Shown: positions 20,272 through 34,550, counted from the whole stretch's first letter. The stretch is 62,902 bases of DNA, filler included, from Octopus bimaculoides (GCF_001194135.2; 9 parts of 8 records of this genome joined end to end with filler, not necessarily neighbours in it); one strand, 5' to 3'. Notes: generated by a model not told the origin, from the letters alone. Numbers and translations: made by a program.

Positions 20272-20945
20272 CGTGGCTGCGTAGTAAGAAGTTTTCTTTC
20301 CAACCATATGTTTTCGGGTTCAGTTCCACTGCGTGGCACCTTGGACAAGTGCTTTCAACTATAGCTTCGAGCCGACCAAAACCTTCTGAGTGGATTTGAT
20401 AGACGGAAACTGAAAGAAGACCAAGTTGCTACGCAGTGAAACTGAACCACGGTACTGTGGTTGGGAAGCGAACTCCTAAATTCTTAACCATTTGACAAAT
20501 AAATAATGAAGAAATGAAATAGAACCCGAGCAGCATGATCCTGCCGTGATACACCCCAAAATGTTTCAACACACGAGTTCACATCAAGAATCTTGAAAAC
20601 CGAATATAAACGCAATTAGATTTCAATTTTATTCTGCCCGACCGTTCTTCATGCAGCTTTCACAACTTTAGCACATTTGGGTAACTCAATATTGAGAAAC
20701 TAAATGTTTATTTATCGAAGGAAAAACTATGTAAGACGAAAGTCTAGATATCAGAAAGGAGTAAATGTTAGGGATCTTTTACTTGCTTCCCATGCCGGGA
20801 CACACCGCACTGAAGAATTTTAGTCGAAGGAATCGACCCCAGTACTTATTTTTTTAAGCCTGGTACTTTTATTCTATCGGTGTCTTTTGCCGAACACTAA
20901 AATACGGGGACATGAACACACCAACACCGGTTGTCAAGCGGTGGT
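20272..20945. mobile_element. SINE A fragments (20272-20420 +, 20775-20945 -)
   Basis: Head motif and 3' motif (gaataagtac..aggct..aaaaataagtactggggtcga). Confidence 0.7.
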
Positions 20946-22162
20946 GAGGAACAAACTATTAAGTGCAAAACCATGGACACAACATCACAAATAACACGAC
21001 AGTCAAAAATTAAGAAAATCTGAACAAAAAATGGGTGATTTGATTTGTTTCGTTGATAAATACAGACACCATCTCTTTTATGTAAAATCAAACTCATTTT
21101 GAAAATATTTTAGGAAGAGGCCTTGAAACCTCCAAGATCTGTTACTTACTTCAGGTTCTTATGATCTTGGACAGGTGTTTAAATCCTTATATCATTGGTT
21201 CCAAAGGTATAAAATGTTGGAGTATTGAACCACAAAACAGCCGCAACTGCAACACGGAACTCTGCCGTTCAGTTCCATTAAAAGGGCCCTCACTTTCTTC
21301 ATAACATACTTTGTATCTTATGATCGACGAAAGGTAAACAACCTTCTGCTGTAATGCCAATATATATACATGTAATTATGTCTGTCCGTATAATTTCTTG
21401 CCTTATCCTGTATATGATAACTCTGTACAATTACCTTATAACAATATTATCTAAAACATTATTTCCATCTTACGTATTCTAAATTTTTTAATATCAAATA
21501 CACAATAACACATGCTTTTATGGTACAGTTTATTCAATGTACATATGTAAAATACAACTGGAAACGCAAAACATTAATTGTTGGGTAACTCATGTGTTCG
21601 AATGCAGCCTCTTAGCTCTTCCTCTCATTTCTTACATTTTCTCTTCTACCGAATTACCACGACCAACGCAACAGTTTAATCTGCGAATATATAAAGCAAA
21701 GAAACCATTCCTTCTGACATGGCATGGATTAATCCAACGCTTTTTTTTTTTACGATATTTGTATCAAAATATCTTTGATTCAATTAATTTTGAAAACAGG
21801 GCCGGCCCAGATGTGTTAATATCAAAAGAGATTAAATATTTTTCTGTTTGCTTAGCAAATCTAAAGAACATTTTAGGTTTGATTTTCATATATTCTACAT
21901 CTTCAGGTTTCCTTACAGCTCTCTCATTTCCAAGAAAAGTATTTCATTCCATATTTAATATCTATAAACAATATTTTTATCATNNNNNNNNNNNNNNNNN
22001 NNNNNNNNNNNNNNNNNNNNNNNNNNNTTAATTAATTAANNNNNNNNNNNNNNNNNNNNNNNNNNNNNNNNNNNNNNNNNNNNGACGACAACAACAACAT
22101 TGACAAAATGTCTCCTGACGAGCCGACTAAGAAATCCAAGGAAATTGCTGAACCTGTTAGAT

Positions 22163-23142
22163 CAGTGTTTCTCAGCTATTTTTTGCCTATGGCTCATTTG
22201 AATTCCTATTTTATTTAACTGGACCTCTTCACCCATCCGATGCATTTCAAAAAATCCTTCTGTATTTTTAAAATTAAATATTAGGAATTGTATAAAAAAA
22301 AGAATAAATTAATATCTTGTATATTGCAGAAATATAAACAACTAGATTTTTCAGTTTGGTTGCCAATGTTCCAAAATTTAAAGTTTATTGAAAGCTTAAA
22401 AATTTGGTACATTAATGTAGTTTTCCAAGCTGAATCTCAGGAGATATTTCACTTTTCCCAGCATCATTTTTAAAACAAGTTATGGTGGTTTAAAGCTTTA
22501 AAATTTTCATCCGGTCAGAAAACAGGGTTTGGAAGCTGTCCTTTTGTGCGTGACTGCACGTGTTGAGAACTGTAAACAAATTAAATTCTGCTTTATGCCC
22601 GCCATATAACCCCTCGTGACGTTTTTTTATTCTTTTGGAATTTTCAGAAAATTTTGTTAATTTGTATTCCACACGGTAATTCATGCGATTATGCAAAAAT
22701 AAAAAATAAAACTTTGGCGCGTGATTTAAGGCCTATTTGGTCGTTATTTTAAACATATCTGACGACCACGTCAGTGAGTGGAATATATTTGTCAGCACGT
22801 GCTTTCTCGCGGACAAAAAAGTTCTCATGATTGGCTTGTGACTATGGAAATAGGCATGAATGTATCTGAGGCTTACGATTGGCTAAAATTACATAAAATA
22901 TTCAAACTTCAAAAGCTAATAACTATTTATTGATTTATTGGGAAAATGAATTTCAAAGCAGTGATTAGCATATAAAGCCATATCATTACATTGAATATGA
23001 AATCAAGTCGAGCAGGAATTAAAAAGATTGAAAATTAGTAGCCAAACAGAAAAGATTCAAATAATTTGTTGCATATAAATTTCAACAACAAAATCTTATG
23101 CGGACTCCCAAGTGTCATATGGACTCCGGTTGAGGAACACTG
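22163..23142. mobile_element. Non-autonomous hAT element, 980 bp, with perfect 8-bp TSD
   Basis: TIRs CAGTGTTTCTCA...TGAGGAACACTG, flanked by TGTTAGAT at 22155-22162 and 23143-23150. Confidence 0.85.
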
Positions 23143-23968
23143 TGTTAGATGAAGCAGGCGAATCACTTCGAAATTATAGCCAACCGCTTTTAAAACAAGG
23201 ACACATAGCTAACCAGGGGTTACACAACTTGATCATCTTCAGCCAACAACGATAACGACGGCCTCAACGAAAACAACAGCCACAACGACAAAATGTCAGT
23301 GCCATTGAGAAAGCTTCTATGTAGTCGCTCGACCGGAATGAAATAGTAACCAAATCACTCTATCGTTTCAGAAATAAGCGGGACACGCTGAATTATGTGG
23401 TACGAGATACATGTCTAAATAGAAGACGAGATGGTCACTGCAAGAACGTCTTGATCTTATGTCTGTTTGATCGTGGCTGACCTAGGGTTAAATCACAAAA
23501 GAAGTGTTAATAATACGCCTCTTCCATTTCTTATTCGAGAAAGGTGAAATATTTGCCTTCCATTTCTTATTCACGAAGGTGAAATATCTGTCGTTTTAAC
23601 CCCGTCAAATACATACTACAACTACAAACAACGGCTTCGTTCAGTTCTCGGCATGAAAGGAAATTAATTTTTCATTAAATCATCACCACCACCACCACTA
23701 CAACGATCACCAACGATCACCACCATCACCACCACCACCACTGCTATTAAAACAACAATAACACGAACACTATTATTGACAATAAAAACAGCAAGAAATA
23801 AAATATCAGTCATAAATAAAGCCAACACCCTCCATCACTCCTCCAAACTTCCACAGCTCAGTGTGTTTTCTTTCTTTTCTTTGGAACTGTTAGGTTATTC
23901 AGTACAACGTCAAAGACTATTAAAATACGGTGATTCCTCCATCTCCCGCCCTCTCAGTGTATTTCCAA

Positions 23969-24022
<54 letters not shown>

Positions 24023-24088
24023 GTCTGTCTGTCTGTCTGTCTGCCTGCCTGTCTGCCTGTCTGTCTGTCTGTCTGTCTTTTTATCTAC

Positions 24089-24146
<58 letters not shown>

Positions 24147-24300
24147 GTACACCCGTGTTCCCTATCTTTTCATCTTCGTTCTCTTTTTGTCTCTTCTACC
24201 TTTTACTATTTACTGTATGCTCATCATACAAAGTACTTTTTACTATGTATGTATGTATGTATGTATGTATGTATGTATGTATGTATGTATGTATGTATGC
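23969..24300. repeat. Compound microsatellite (TATC/TGTC/TGCC, TC, CA, TATG)
   Basis: Seen directly. Confidence 0.95.
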
Positions 24301-24436
24301 ATGTCATCATACAGTTTTATTTCAAGATTTCTTGCCAATAGAGGAAGAGCCGCTTTTTAAACTAGATCCAGGGCCCCTTCAATAGAATTTCAGCATCAAC
24401 AGGGTATTTTTGCATGTATGTTTGTATATGTGAAGT

Positions 24437-24983
24437 TTAGCCATCTCTGCCTCGATAGCAATGAGCAGGGATGAAGTCCGGGAAGCTAGAAGCGCTGGAT
24501 GTCTCCATTGCTACAGGCTCGACAACAAACCTGTGAGAGAGCGGCCTATAATTTAACAATTTGCCCTCTTCGACCTGACGAACAGCGAAGCCTGCACTGG
24601 TAGCCGTACATACTTGGCTGCCGCTGGAGGTTTCGCAAGGTGTGGCATCCCAGATAAAAGGCCTATCACCGCGGGACCGGAAAATTGTCATGCCATCTGG
24701 ACTTTTACCGTCACCTCAATCCAACTCCACCTGACTGGAGCTGGGAAGGGAAACCTCTAGCGTCCAAGCCATACTTCATGACCTCATTAAGGTCTGCTTA
24801 GCGTGGAAGGCAAACGGTACTATGATGGCATGACAACGGGTGGAGGCCGAAAGTATCCATAGTGGATCTGCAGCGGCATTCGTGAGGCCGAAATTCTGGG
24901 AAACACTGATGCACAAAAAAGCTATCCAGTAAAGTGTCAGACAAGAGAGATAGCACTGCGTTGATGATGATGATTGTGCACAC
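24437..24983 (-). mobile_element. CRE-like non-LTR retrotransposon 3' remnant (Zn knuckle plus restriction-like endonuclease)
   Basis: CRCRSTMDTFGLHPLSC...; FIWDATPCETSSGS..TATSAGFAVRQVEEGKLLNYRPL..RFVVEPVAMET matches the CRE pattern WDATCxDTxAxS...AAxxAExxKxxKY...FxPVAVET. Confidence 0.75.
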
Positions 24984-25229
24984 TGATATACAGTGTTACA
25001 GTCATGACATATTGCATTCTCTCTAATATCCAGTCCTGTACTCTCGTAAATTCTGGTGGTGACAATATCACTAATGTAGTTAAGGATGGGCAGTCCTCGA
25101 GCAACGCTTTTAAGAAGGCAGCACTTTTAGATCTGTTGTATAAGCCTGTATAGGTTGTATAACCTGGCAAAGGGGACAGTAAACTTAAGGGCTGCTCCTG
25201 GAGGCACACACTCTAGCTGAGCCACTGTA

Positions 25230-26010
25230 CCACACTTTAAATGAACAAGGTGGACTTGTCAAAGAGTGACAGTTGCTATTTCGCTGTATTTATAGTTGGT
25301 GGTGTGTATTCCAGCACTGTGTTTGAAGCCAATAAGATCATTTATACTGCATATGGTTTAGTGCATGTATGTGTTTTTAAATTTTTGTTTGCCTGGACTG
25401 AATGTGAGGAATAGTATTTTTAGAGTGCTGCTGTAGTAATGATCTGAAAAGTAATAGTTTCTGGATTTTTAGGAGTGGTTTAGTTTTCATGTAATGAAGT
25501 AGTTCTGTGGATAGAAGAAAGTTGTAGCAATAAATTGTGCCCCAATGTCCAGGCGGTGATTCACCTGTAAAAGTTTTGTTTCCTTATATAGGTGGTCTGT
25601 GAATGCGTTCTGCTTTAAGCTATTATTATGATGTATAGACTACTGTATGGTAGGATACAGTGTTTTGTTGTGGAGGAATTTTGGGACAAGGTAGGACTTG
25701 CATAGCTCATGATGGAGCTAATGTATTCTTTTTATTTTTGTTAAGCAAATATACGCTTGTATATCGTTAGTCTTTCTCTACTGCATCTGTTGTGTGCGTT
25801 GTGGAGAAGTTAAATTTGATGTTCCCTGCTGTTGTTGGTAAGAAGGAAGATAACAGACTTAGTAGGCGCTACTTTACGTTTGTGACTGTAGAGCCGTGTC
25901 TCTAAGAGATTGGTGTAGCATTCTAATCGTTGCCCAGCAATATCTACAGAATGATGAGAAGTTCTTCTACGTATGAGGCAGTGTTCAGCGTGACAGATTG
26001 TCGTATTCAC
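25230..26010 (-). mobile_element. Highly decayed LINE RT C-terminal remnant (I/Jockey-like)
   Basis: Broken frames with SSIMSYASPTLS (cf. RPxMxYASxxW). Weak. Confidence 0.35.
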
Positions 26011-26950
26011 TCGTGTATTACGCGAGAAATTTAATAGAAAGAATTAGGGCCGATACTGCGAAACAGTGATGCTCTAGTGTAAAAATAAATATAAATATGG
26101 AAATAATATGAGAAATGAACAATTATAATACTAATTTTTAGGAAAAACGTGTTGGAGTCCTGTTATATTTGAGGACACATTGTAGATACTATAAGTTTAT
26201 CACTCCGAAAACAAAAACAGTCCATTCGACGTGTTTGCACTGGTCTACAAACTTATACTCGAGTGAAGATATAACAGAAGTTACTTGCCTAAAGCGGAGT
26301 TGAATTGCAGTGGAATTGAAACAGAAGCTACGCAGTTGTGGGGATAATTTCTTAACAACATTGCCACACCGGCGCCCATAGTTGGCCGAAATACGAGGTT
26401 CAATCAAACCAAATGGTGAAAACTAAGGCAATTCTGCAAGAGAGCCGAATATGCCTGTAGAAATAATAATTAATACTATCTGATTTTAGTAACCTTTCGA
26501 TTTGACCCACTGACCTTTAGTGAGAAGGTCAATGTAAGTTGAATGAAAGAAATTGATTTATATTTACACTATTTTTACTTTTTGTTATTTTTCAAATGTC
26601 CTGCGTGGATAATTATTTTTATTTTTCAACTTTTTTTCATATTTTTACAAACGGATAATAAATAAAATGGTTAAAATGCTATGAATGATAAACTTTCCAA
26701 ATTTCAAGCATAGAGACAGAAACGGACATTAACATAACCACACAAGCGAACACACATACAGACAGACAGCTGTGTTTATACATGTAACGGGCGCAAGCGT
26801 AGCTTAGTGATTAAGATATTTGCTTAACAGCTAGCTGTGTGGTTCCTCTTTCTATCATAGCATTTTATGTAAAGTGTTTGTAGCATAACCGCAGGCTGGC
26901 AAATAACCTATGAGTGAAATATCTTAAACGTAAACTGTGCTTTCATCACA

Positions 26951-27000
26951 TAATATAATATAATATAATATAATATAATATAATATAATATAATATAATA
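26951..27000. repeat. (TAATA)10 microsatellite
   Basis: Seen directly. Confidence 0.95.
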
Positions 27001-27005
27001 TATAT

Positions 27006-27243
27006 CTCTTACTTGCTTTACGAATTGGACTGCGGCCATGCTGGGGCACAGATGTCAAGAGTTTAATCGAACGAATCGATCGCAGCATTTGCATATTTAC
27101 TTAATTTTTAAAGCATAGTACTTATTCTGGCTGGGTCTCTTGGCGAACCGCTATGTTACGGGGATGAAAACACACCGACTGCGGTTGTCAAGCAGTGGGT
27201 GGGGTGGAGACGCGCACACACACATACACACACACATACACAG

Positions 27244-27276
<33 letters not shown>

Positions 27277-27788
27277 TCTGTGTGTCACTGCCATCGCTTG
27301 ACAACGGATGCTGGTGTGTTTATGTCTCAGTAAATTAGCGGTTTGGCAAAAGGGAACGGTAGAATAAGTATTAGGCTCGCAAACAATAAGTCTTCGGGTC
27401 GATTTTTTTCGACAAAAACCCATTAAAGCAGTGCTCCAGCATGACTGAAATCAAATGACTGGAACAAGTGGAGGAGTGGCTGTGTGGTAAGTAGCTTGCT
27501 TACGAACCACATGGTTCCGGGTTCAGTCCCACTGCGTGGCACCTTGGGCAAGTGTCTTCTACTGTAGCCTCGGGCCGACCAAAGCCTTGTGAGTGGATTT
27601 GGTAGACGGAAACTGAAAGAAGCCCGTCGTATATATGTATATATATATGTGTGTGTGTGTGTATGTTGTGTGTCTGTGTTTGTCTCCCCAACATCGCTTG
27701 ACAACCGATGCTGGTGTGCTTAGGTCTCCGTAACTTAGCGGTTCGGCAAAAAGAGACCGATAGAATAAGTACTAGGCTTACGAAGAAT
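27006..27788. mobile_element. SINE A cluster including a young near-consensus copy (27470-27788 +)
   Basis: ggctgtgtggtaagtagcttgcttacgaaccacatggttccgggttcagtcccactgcgtggcaccttgggcaagtg..., with CpGs intact. Confidence 0.85.
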
Positions 27789-27958
27789 NNNNNNNNNNNN
27801 NNNNNNNNNNNNNNNNNNNNNNNNNNNNNNNNNNNNNNNNNNNNNNNNNNNNNNNNNNNNNNNNNNNNNNNNNNNNNNNNNNNNNNNNNNNNNNNNNNNN
27901 NNNNNNNNNNNNNNNNNNNNNNNNNNNNNNNNNNNNTGCTCACATAATTTTCGTATCT

Positions 27959-28064
27959 AGTCCCACATCACAAATACGAATAGATACGAAAATTATGTGA
28001 GCATACATATATATATGTATGCTCACATAATTTTCGTATCTATTCGTATTTGTGATGTGGGACT
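27959..28064. repeat. Perfect 106-bp palindrome
   Basis: Arms are exact reverse complements, centred on catacatatatatatgtatg. Confidence 0.9.
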
Positions 28065-28884
28065 TCATTTTATTGTCATTCCATAACTTCATATGTAACT
28101 CTTTTACTTTTACTTTCGTCAACACATTTACTTTTTCTATTGCCTTAACAACCGATTTGAAAATATTAACAATATAAATACACTTCAGTCACGGCTGACA
28201 GTACATATCTTCATTAATTCAGTGTAATGAATAATCTAAGGTATTATCAAAATATGAAATAAATTATTTTACTTAACGTTTTACTTACGAAATATTGAAT
28301 ATTATGTATGTATTAAAGTGAATAAATTGTTTCGTTTGAATGATTCATGGGAGACAACTACAGTTCTGCATTATATGTATATCATGGTTATTTCCCTTCG
28401 CTGATAAAAAAAAAAGCATCTTCTACTGCTGTATAGTTCCACAATTTAACATGAAATGAAAATTGCATTTTTGTAATGTTGCTTGGTAAAATTCAGCAAT
28501 CTTAGAGTTAACTCATTATAAACTCTTTATGTTTCTCAGTAAACAATATAGCCTAAACTATAAATGTTCCAATATTTCATTTGATTTCTCTGATCAATGG
28601 AAATTTCCTTTTAGTAAAATGTAATCATCGAATCTCTCAAATGTGATGAACCTTTAAAGACATTTTGGACCATTATGTCGTGTACTATCTACCCATGTAT
28701 CATGTTTTTCTATTATTTTTATGCGCGCGCGCAGTTTTTTTTTTATTACTAATTTTACTTTTTTGTATTATTATTTTGATGCAGCATGCCAGAGCAGTTG
28801 TATTCTTTTTGGCAAAGTACAATGGATGTGCTCATTTCTGTTTTAAAGCAAATTCGATGCTCACACACACACACACACACACAC

Positions 28885-28920
<36 letters not shown>

Positions 28921-29205
28921 NNNNNNNNNNNNNNNNNNNNNNNNNNNNNNNNNNNNNNNNNNNNNNNNNNNNNNNNNNNNNNNNNNNNNNNNNNNNNNNN
29001 NNNNNNNNNNNNNNNNNNNNNNNNNNNNNNNNNNNNNNNNNNNNNNNNNNNNNNNNNNNNNNNNNNNNNNNNNNNNNNNNNNNNNNNNNNNNNNNNNNNN
29101 NNNNNNNNNNNNNNNNNNNNNNNNNNNNNNNNNNNNNNNNNNNNNNNNNNNNNNNNNNNNNNNNNNNNNNNNNNNNNNNNNNNNNNNNNNNNNNNNNNNN
29201 NNNNN

Positions 29206-29239
<34 letters not shown>

Positions 29240-31942
29240 GTATATGTATATATTTACGTATAAATGTAAATTTAATTTGATTAATATCAATTTAAAACCA
29301 GTGGCCTAGCAAATTGAAAAATCTGAAGATTCAGAAAAATTATATTACATATATATAAGAGGGATGACCACTAAGTGGACATCCCTGTTGCTAGAAGAAG
29401 ACCACCTACGGTCTGACCACTAAAATAAGATTGGAGGGAGAGATTGTTGGAGGTAGGCGAGAGAGGTTTGCGAAGGTTGGCGAGAAAGATTTTCGGAGGT
29501 CGGTGAGAGAGGTTATATAAATATAGGAATGAAGTGTTTGAAGAAAGTGCAATAATAACGTTGACACTCACTGATGGTTTCTCTCAGTAACTGCCTTTAG
29601 CTTACGGAGTTCTTGGTTTTATAGCTATCGAAAAGCAGCCAGAAGGATAAACATATTTTTGAGAACAAATGATTTCGTTGGATGTCTGTTACCTCCTTTC
29701 CAGCCTGTATTGGCCTAGACGAGGTTACAAGGGTCAAGTGGCAAAGACATTATTCTGCTTAGCGAAAGCCTCTGGGAAATGTAGAACTGCTGCCATTCAC
29801 AGAAAAACAATTGTTATACCGTGACAAAAGCGCTATTGAAGTGTTAAGCGAAATTTGGCAATCGAGGATTGAATCCACGCTATGCCTGCATGAAGCCACT
29901 ACAAATACGTTGTGGAATAAAAAATTTATCTACTGTCATGGAAAAAGTGTAACTGTAAAAATGCAGAATTATCGGAGTAATGGGCATTCAAAAAATATGT
30001 ATGTATAGAAATGTATGAATGAAGTCTTTAAGGTTAAAGATTCAAATTAAAGAAGTGTAATAATAATGTTTAGCAATATATATNNNNNNNNNNNNNNNNN
30101 NNNNNNNNNNNNNNNNNNNNNNNNNNNTTAATTAATTAANNNNNNNNNNNNNNNNNNNNNNNNNNNNNNNNNNNNNNNNNNNNATATATATATATATATA
30201 TATACATATTTATATATATATACATGTATATATATATATATATATGTGTGTGTATACATTCATGTGGGTGTATGCATTTATGGATGTATTTATACATGTA
30301 CGTGTGCGTGCGTGTGTGTATATATATGTATGTATACACCTATGCATGCATATATATGTGCATGTATGTGTGTGTGTATATATATATATGTATATATGAA
30401 TGTATTATATGTATGCGGTATATTTAAATGCGTAAATGCTTACCAACCTATTTACTTTGGGTGCAACTAAATACGTCTACGTTTGTTCATGTTCCTTGGT
30501 GTCTGACCTTTCTTATATAAGACTGTGTCGATGTCCAAGCGTGAATGTGTGTGTATATTCATGTACGTCTGTGTGTGATCGCCCGTACACTATGTGACGT
30601 CAAGAGGTCTGTGAAGATGACGTCTCAGTTTGTTAAAAGTCTCTTTCAGCACAAAGGGAAAAGCATTTATAAGTAAATGAAAGACACACGTCAGAGCCAT
30701 TGGCAAAAATTAAGATTGTTATTTTGTTGTTTGAGGCGGTGGTAGGAGTGGAACAGTAGAATGGTTGATATGTTTGCTAAAGGAACTCCCAGGATATACT
30801 ACCCAAGTTTGGTAACGGCGGGTGTACTCTAATGTTGGGTGGGGTTGAAAATATTAGCTTTGTCGAGAGTATTCGAATTATGTGCAATGGTCGCGTTCGT
30901 GGAGAGAATTACAAGGAAAACGTGATTGAATTTAGACAAAAACTGCGTTTAATAGTCAGAAATGCACTGTGCTTCTCAAAACATTTTATCTATCAGACCT
31001 ATTCTTTTACCAACACTTTTTCAACGCCCCCTTGATACGATTCAGTAAAATTCAATACTTCTCCATATGGACACAAACATAGTTTTGCACAAACAAGACA
31101 GGACGTTACCTAATGCTACAGCCTGCATATATAGTAGTAACCACAAAATGTTATTATTGAATTATACAGTCAAATTAGACATTTGTTTATCGTTTAGAAT
31201 TTACACGCATAGATGGTATAATTTATTTATTTATTTATTTATTCACATTTTAAAGTTTATCATTGTTGTTGTTATTGTTATTGTTATTGTTGTTGTTGTT
31301 GCTGTGATTATGGTTAACAAGCGGTTTATCATAATATTATTACATTCAATTTTTTTTAAAGTTAAAATTAAAAAGCTGTTTAGACACATCTATCGCCTCC
31401 TGCCGTCCTTTTGTCTCTGGTACCCATATAAAACTTTTCACCAACAACTTTGAGAAGCACTCGCGTATACGGTTTGGGATGAAGAACGGCAAAATTATCG
31501 AGCTTTTAGAAAAGATCTGCAACGTTGGTGCCATGGATATTCTTCACTATTCGAGAAACGTTTTCCATGGAAATCCATTGATTAGAGCAACAGAAATGTT
31601 ACAGAATAATGCCATAAAATACATTCATAAGTTCATAAAATAAAAAAGAAATATATCTTGAAGACCACCAAGTTTTCTACCTTTATTATTCCTCTTTATA
31701 TGCATATTTTTACATGATAAATAAATTAAATAAGAAGTTCAAAGAATTAATTAATGAATGCAAAGAATTTTTTTTTTTTTGTTTTATACTGGGGTAGATA
31801 TAATCGACTAGCCCCGAACCCAAACTAATTTCCTGGCCTTGTGCCTATGTTAAAAAACAATTTTCGTTATTATCACCATCATCATCATCATTATCATCGT
31901 CGTTGTCTTCCTTATCATTATTATTACTATTATTATTATTTA

Positions 31943-32159
31943 AGGCGGTGAGCAGGCAGAATCGTTGGCACGCCGGGCCAAATGCTTAGTAGCACTTTGT
32001 CTGTCTTTACACTTTTGAGTTCAAATTCCACCTAGGTTGACTTTGCCTTTCATCCTTTCCGGGTCGATGAAATAAGTACCAGTTGAACACTGGGGTCGAT
32101 GTAATCGACTATCCCCCTCTCTCAAATTTAAGGCTTTGTGCTTATAGTAAAAAGGATTA

Positions 32160-32200
<41 letters not shown>
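31943..32200 (+). mobile_element. SINE family B (gcggtgagc.ggcagaatcgtt...ttcaaattcc...) with (ATT)n tail
   Basis: tRNA-like head with gttcaaattcc B-box; related copies at 7395, 8390, 33595, 49495, 51235 and 62210. Confidence 0.8.
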
Positions 32201-32201
<1 letters not shown>

Positions 32202-32433
32202 GTTAGATGCGAGTTTTCTACTGCACCACCCGATGCAATCCCTGTGTTCCTGAGGTGTGTGTGTAGCATCCTATGTTTTTTTGTTTTTGTGGAGGTTGGT
32301 GAAATGTAGTCTCTTTCGTGGATTTCACCAATTTGCTTTGTTTCGGAGTTTAGCTACAGTTGTTTCTTGTGCTATATTAATGTTTCTTTTGTTGTACTGT
32401 GTGCTGTGTACGGTGAACTGTGGAATTGTGTGC

Positions 32434-32475
<42 letters not shown>

Positions 32476-32758
32476 ATGTATGTCCGTGTGCGTTACGTAT
32501 ATGAACAGTGGAAATACACATAACATACATTCATACATGCATATCCATCTACATGAAAGTATATGTGTGTATGTCTATGTATATGTCAAAATGTTAATTA
32601 TACACGTACATAATTTAATATACATTATGCAATTCAATAAGCTTGTATATAATCATATGATACCTTAATACATATACGTGCATGAATCTATATACATGAA
32701 TATACGCGTACTTATCCCTATTTGCATATAGTTTCACACATAGACATCGTTATATATG

Positions 32759-32797
<39 letters not shown>

Positions 32798-33594
32798 NNN
32801 NNNNNNNNNNNNNNNNNNNNNNNNNNNNNNNNNNNNNNNNNTTAATTAATTAANNNNNNNNNNNNNNNNNNNNNNNNNNNNNNNNNNNNNNNNNNNNTAA
32901 TTTAAAAGAGTTCCAAATCTGTCTGTTTTTTATGTTTTATTAATATTCTTCTAAAATTAATGTGGGATATAGAATATGGAATATATAACATAAATAGTAA
33001 AATGAAATGAAGTATTGAATGTCTTATTGAATATATGAAATATTGAGTATTAAATATAGAGTATTAAATATATAAAGACTAGTATACTTTCCTGCATCAT
33101 GGCATTCATCAAGGTCCCGTCTGACAGTCCCTCTTACTACCTCATAACCGGTGATGGTGTATTCATTTCTTCGTAACTTTGCGGTTTGGCAAAAGTGAAC
33201 GATAGAATAAACACCAGGCTTTAAAAATAATCTTAAACACTGTTTTCATTAAAAATAACCTTAAGCGCAGGGTTCATTCAGTTTCCGTCTACATTCACTA
33301 ACTATTCAGTGACTCCCTTCTAATCTACGTTGGACCGGTGACTGAATACAGGTCAATGAGCCTAGTGGCCATGAATCAGGCTGACTGAATTACTGATTCG
33401 AGACATTGTCTGACGCATTTTACATTCAACTAATTGAGATTGTTTTCCTGTTTCTATTTATAAGAAAGTAGAAGGCAACGGCCTGACAAAGCGTGTGTGA
33501 ATGTGTCTGCGCATATATTCCCATAATATTAATGCATAACATAGAGCATGAAATATTATATAAAACGTCTTTATTTTTTTTATGTTCAGTGACA

Positions 33595-33840
33595 ATGGTT
33601 TCAAATTTTGGCACAGGGGCAGCAATTATAGGGGGTGGGGTGGGGGTGCGTAAGCCGATAACATCGACCCCAGTTTTCAACTGGTACTTGTTTTATCGAC
33701 CTCGAAAAAAGAAAAAAAAACGAATGAAAGGCACAGTCGACCTCGACGGAATTTGAACTCAGGAAGGACGCAAATAGATACGAAATGCTGCTCAGTATTT
33801 TCTCCGGCGTTCTAGCCATTTGGCCAGTCTGCTATCTTAT
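33595..33840 (-). mobile_element. SINE family B
   Basis: Reverse-complement match to 31943-32160. Confidence 0.75.
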
Positions 33841-34096
33841 GTCCAGCCATAGCAAAAACAGATTTACATGAATCTGATGGGTTGCTCAATAATTTTGTAG
33901 AGTACAGATCTATTATTCTTAAACAAGCATATTATTAATCGTGACAATCTGACAATGGCTTAACTAACCGAAACTTCTAGGTGACTATCAACAACAGTCT
34001 ATATATATATATATGTATATTANNNNNNNNNNAGATGTATATATATGTATATATGCATGTATATAAGTATATATATGTATATATATGTATATATCT

Positions 34097-34550
34097 ATCT
34101 ATATATATAAAGATGAGAATGTGTGAGTGTGTGTGTGTGTGTCTGTCTGTATGAATCTCTAAAACATGACAACTACTCAACCTATTTCACTCAAATTTTA
34201 CACATGCCTTACTTAGAGTCCATATAGTGTCATAGGCCCAAAAACGTTTTAATTTCTTGCCTAGTGCGAGCCCAGAGCAATATCATACCTCCTCTACTAT
34301 TTCAGCATTACATGTCAAAAGTGAAACAATAAGCTCTCAATTGAAATGTCAGATATTTTCACTTTAATAATTTCACTTTAATACTGAAACTATTAAAGTG
34401 AAACTATTATCTCACATATATACAGGCATACATACATACATATATACATATATACATACATACGTATATATCTATATATATAAAGATGAGAACGTGTGTG
34501 TGTGTGTGAGACTGTCTGTGTGTATGGGTGTATCCCTAAAACTTGAGAAC
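34097..34550 (+). mobile_element. Non-autonomous Helitron-like element(s), two 5' starts
   Basis: tctatatatataaagatgagaa(t/c)gtgtg...gtctgt...aactactcaacc.atttcactcaaattt at 34097 and 34468; related copy at 35591. Confidence 0.45.

Noticed and set aside
32296-32331. 10-bp inverted repeat TTGGTGAAAT/ATTTCACCAA
   Set aside because: About one such stem is expected by chance in a window this size.
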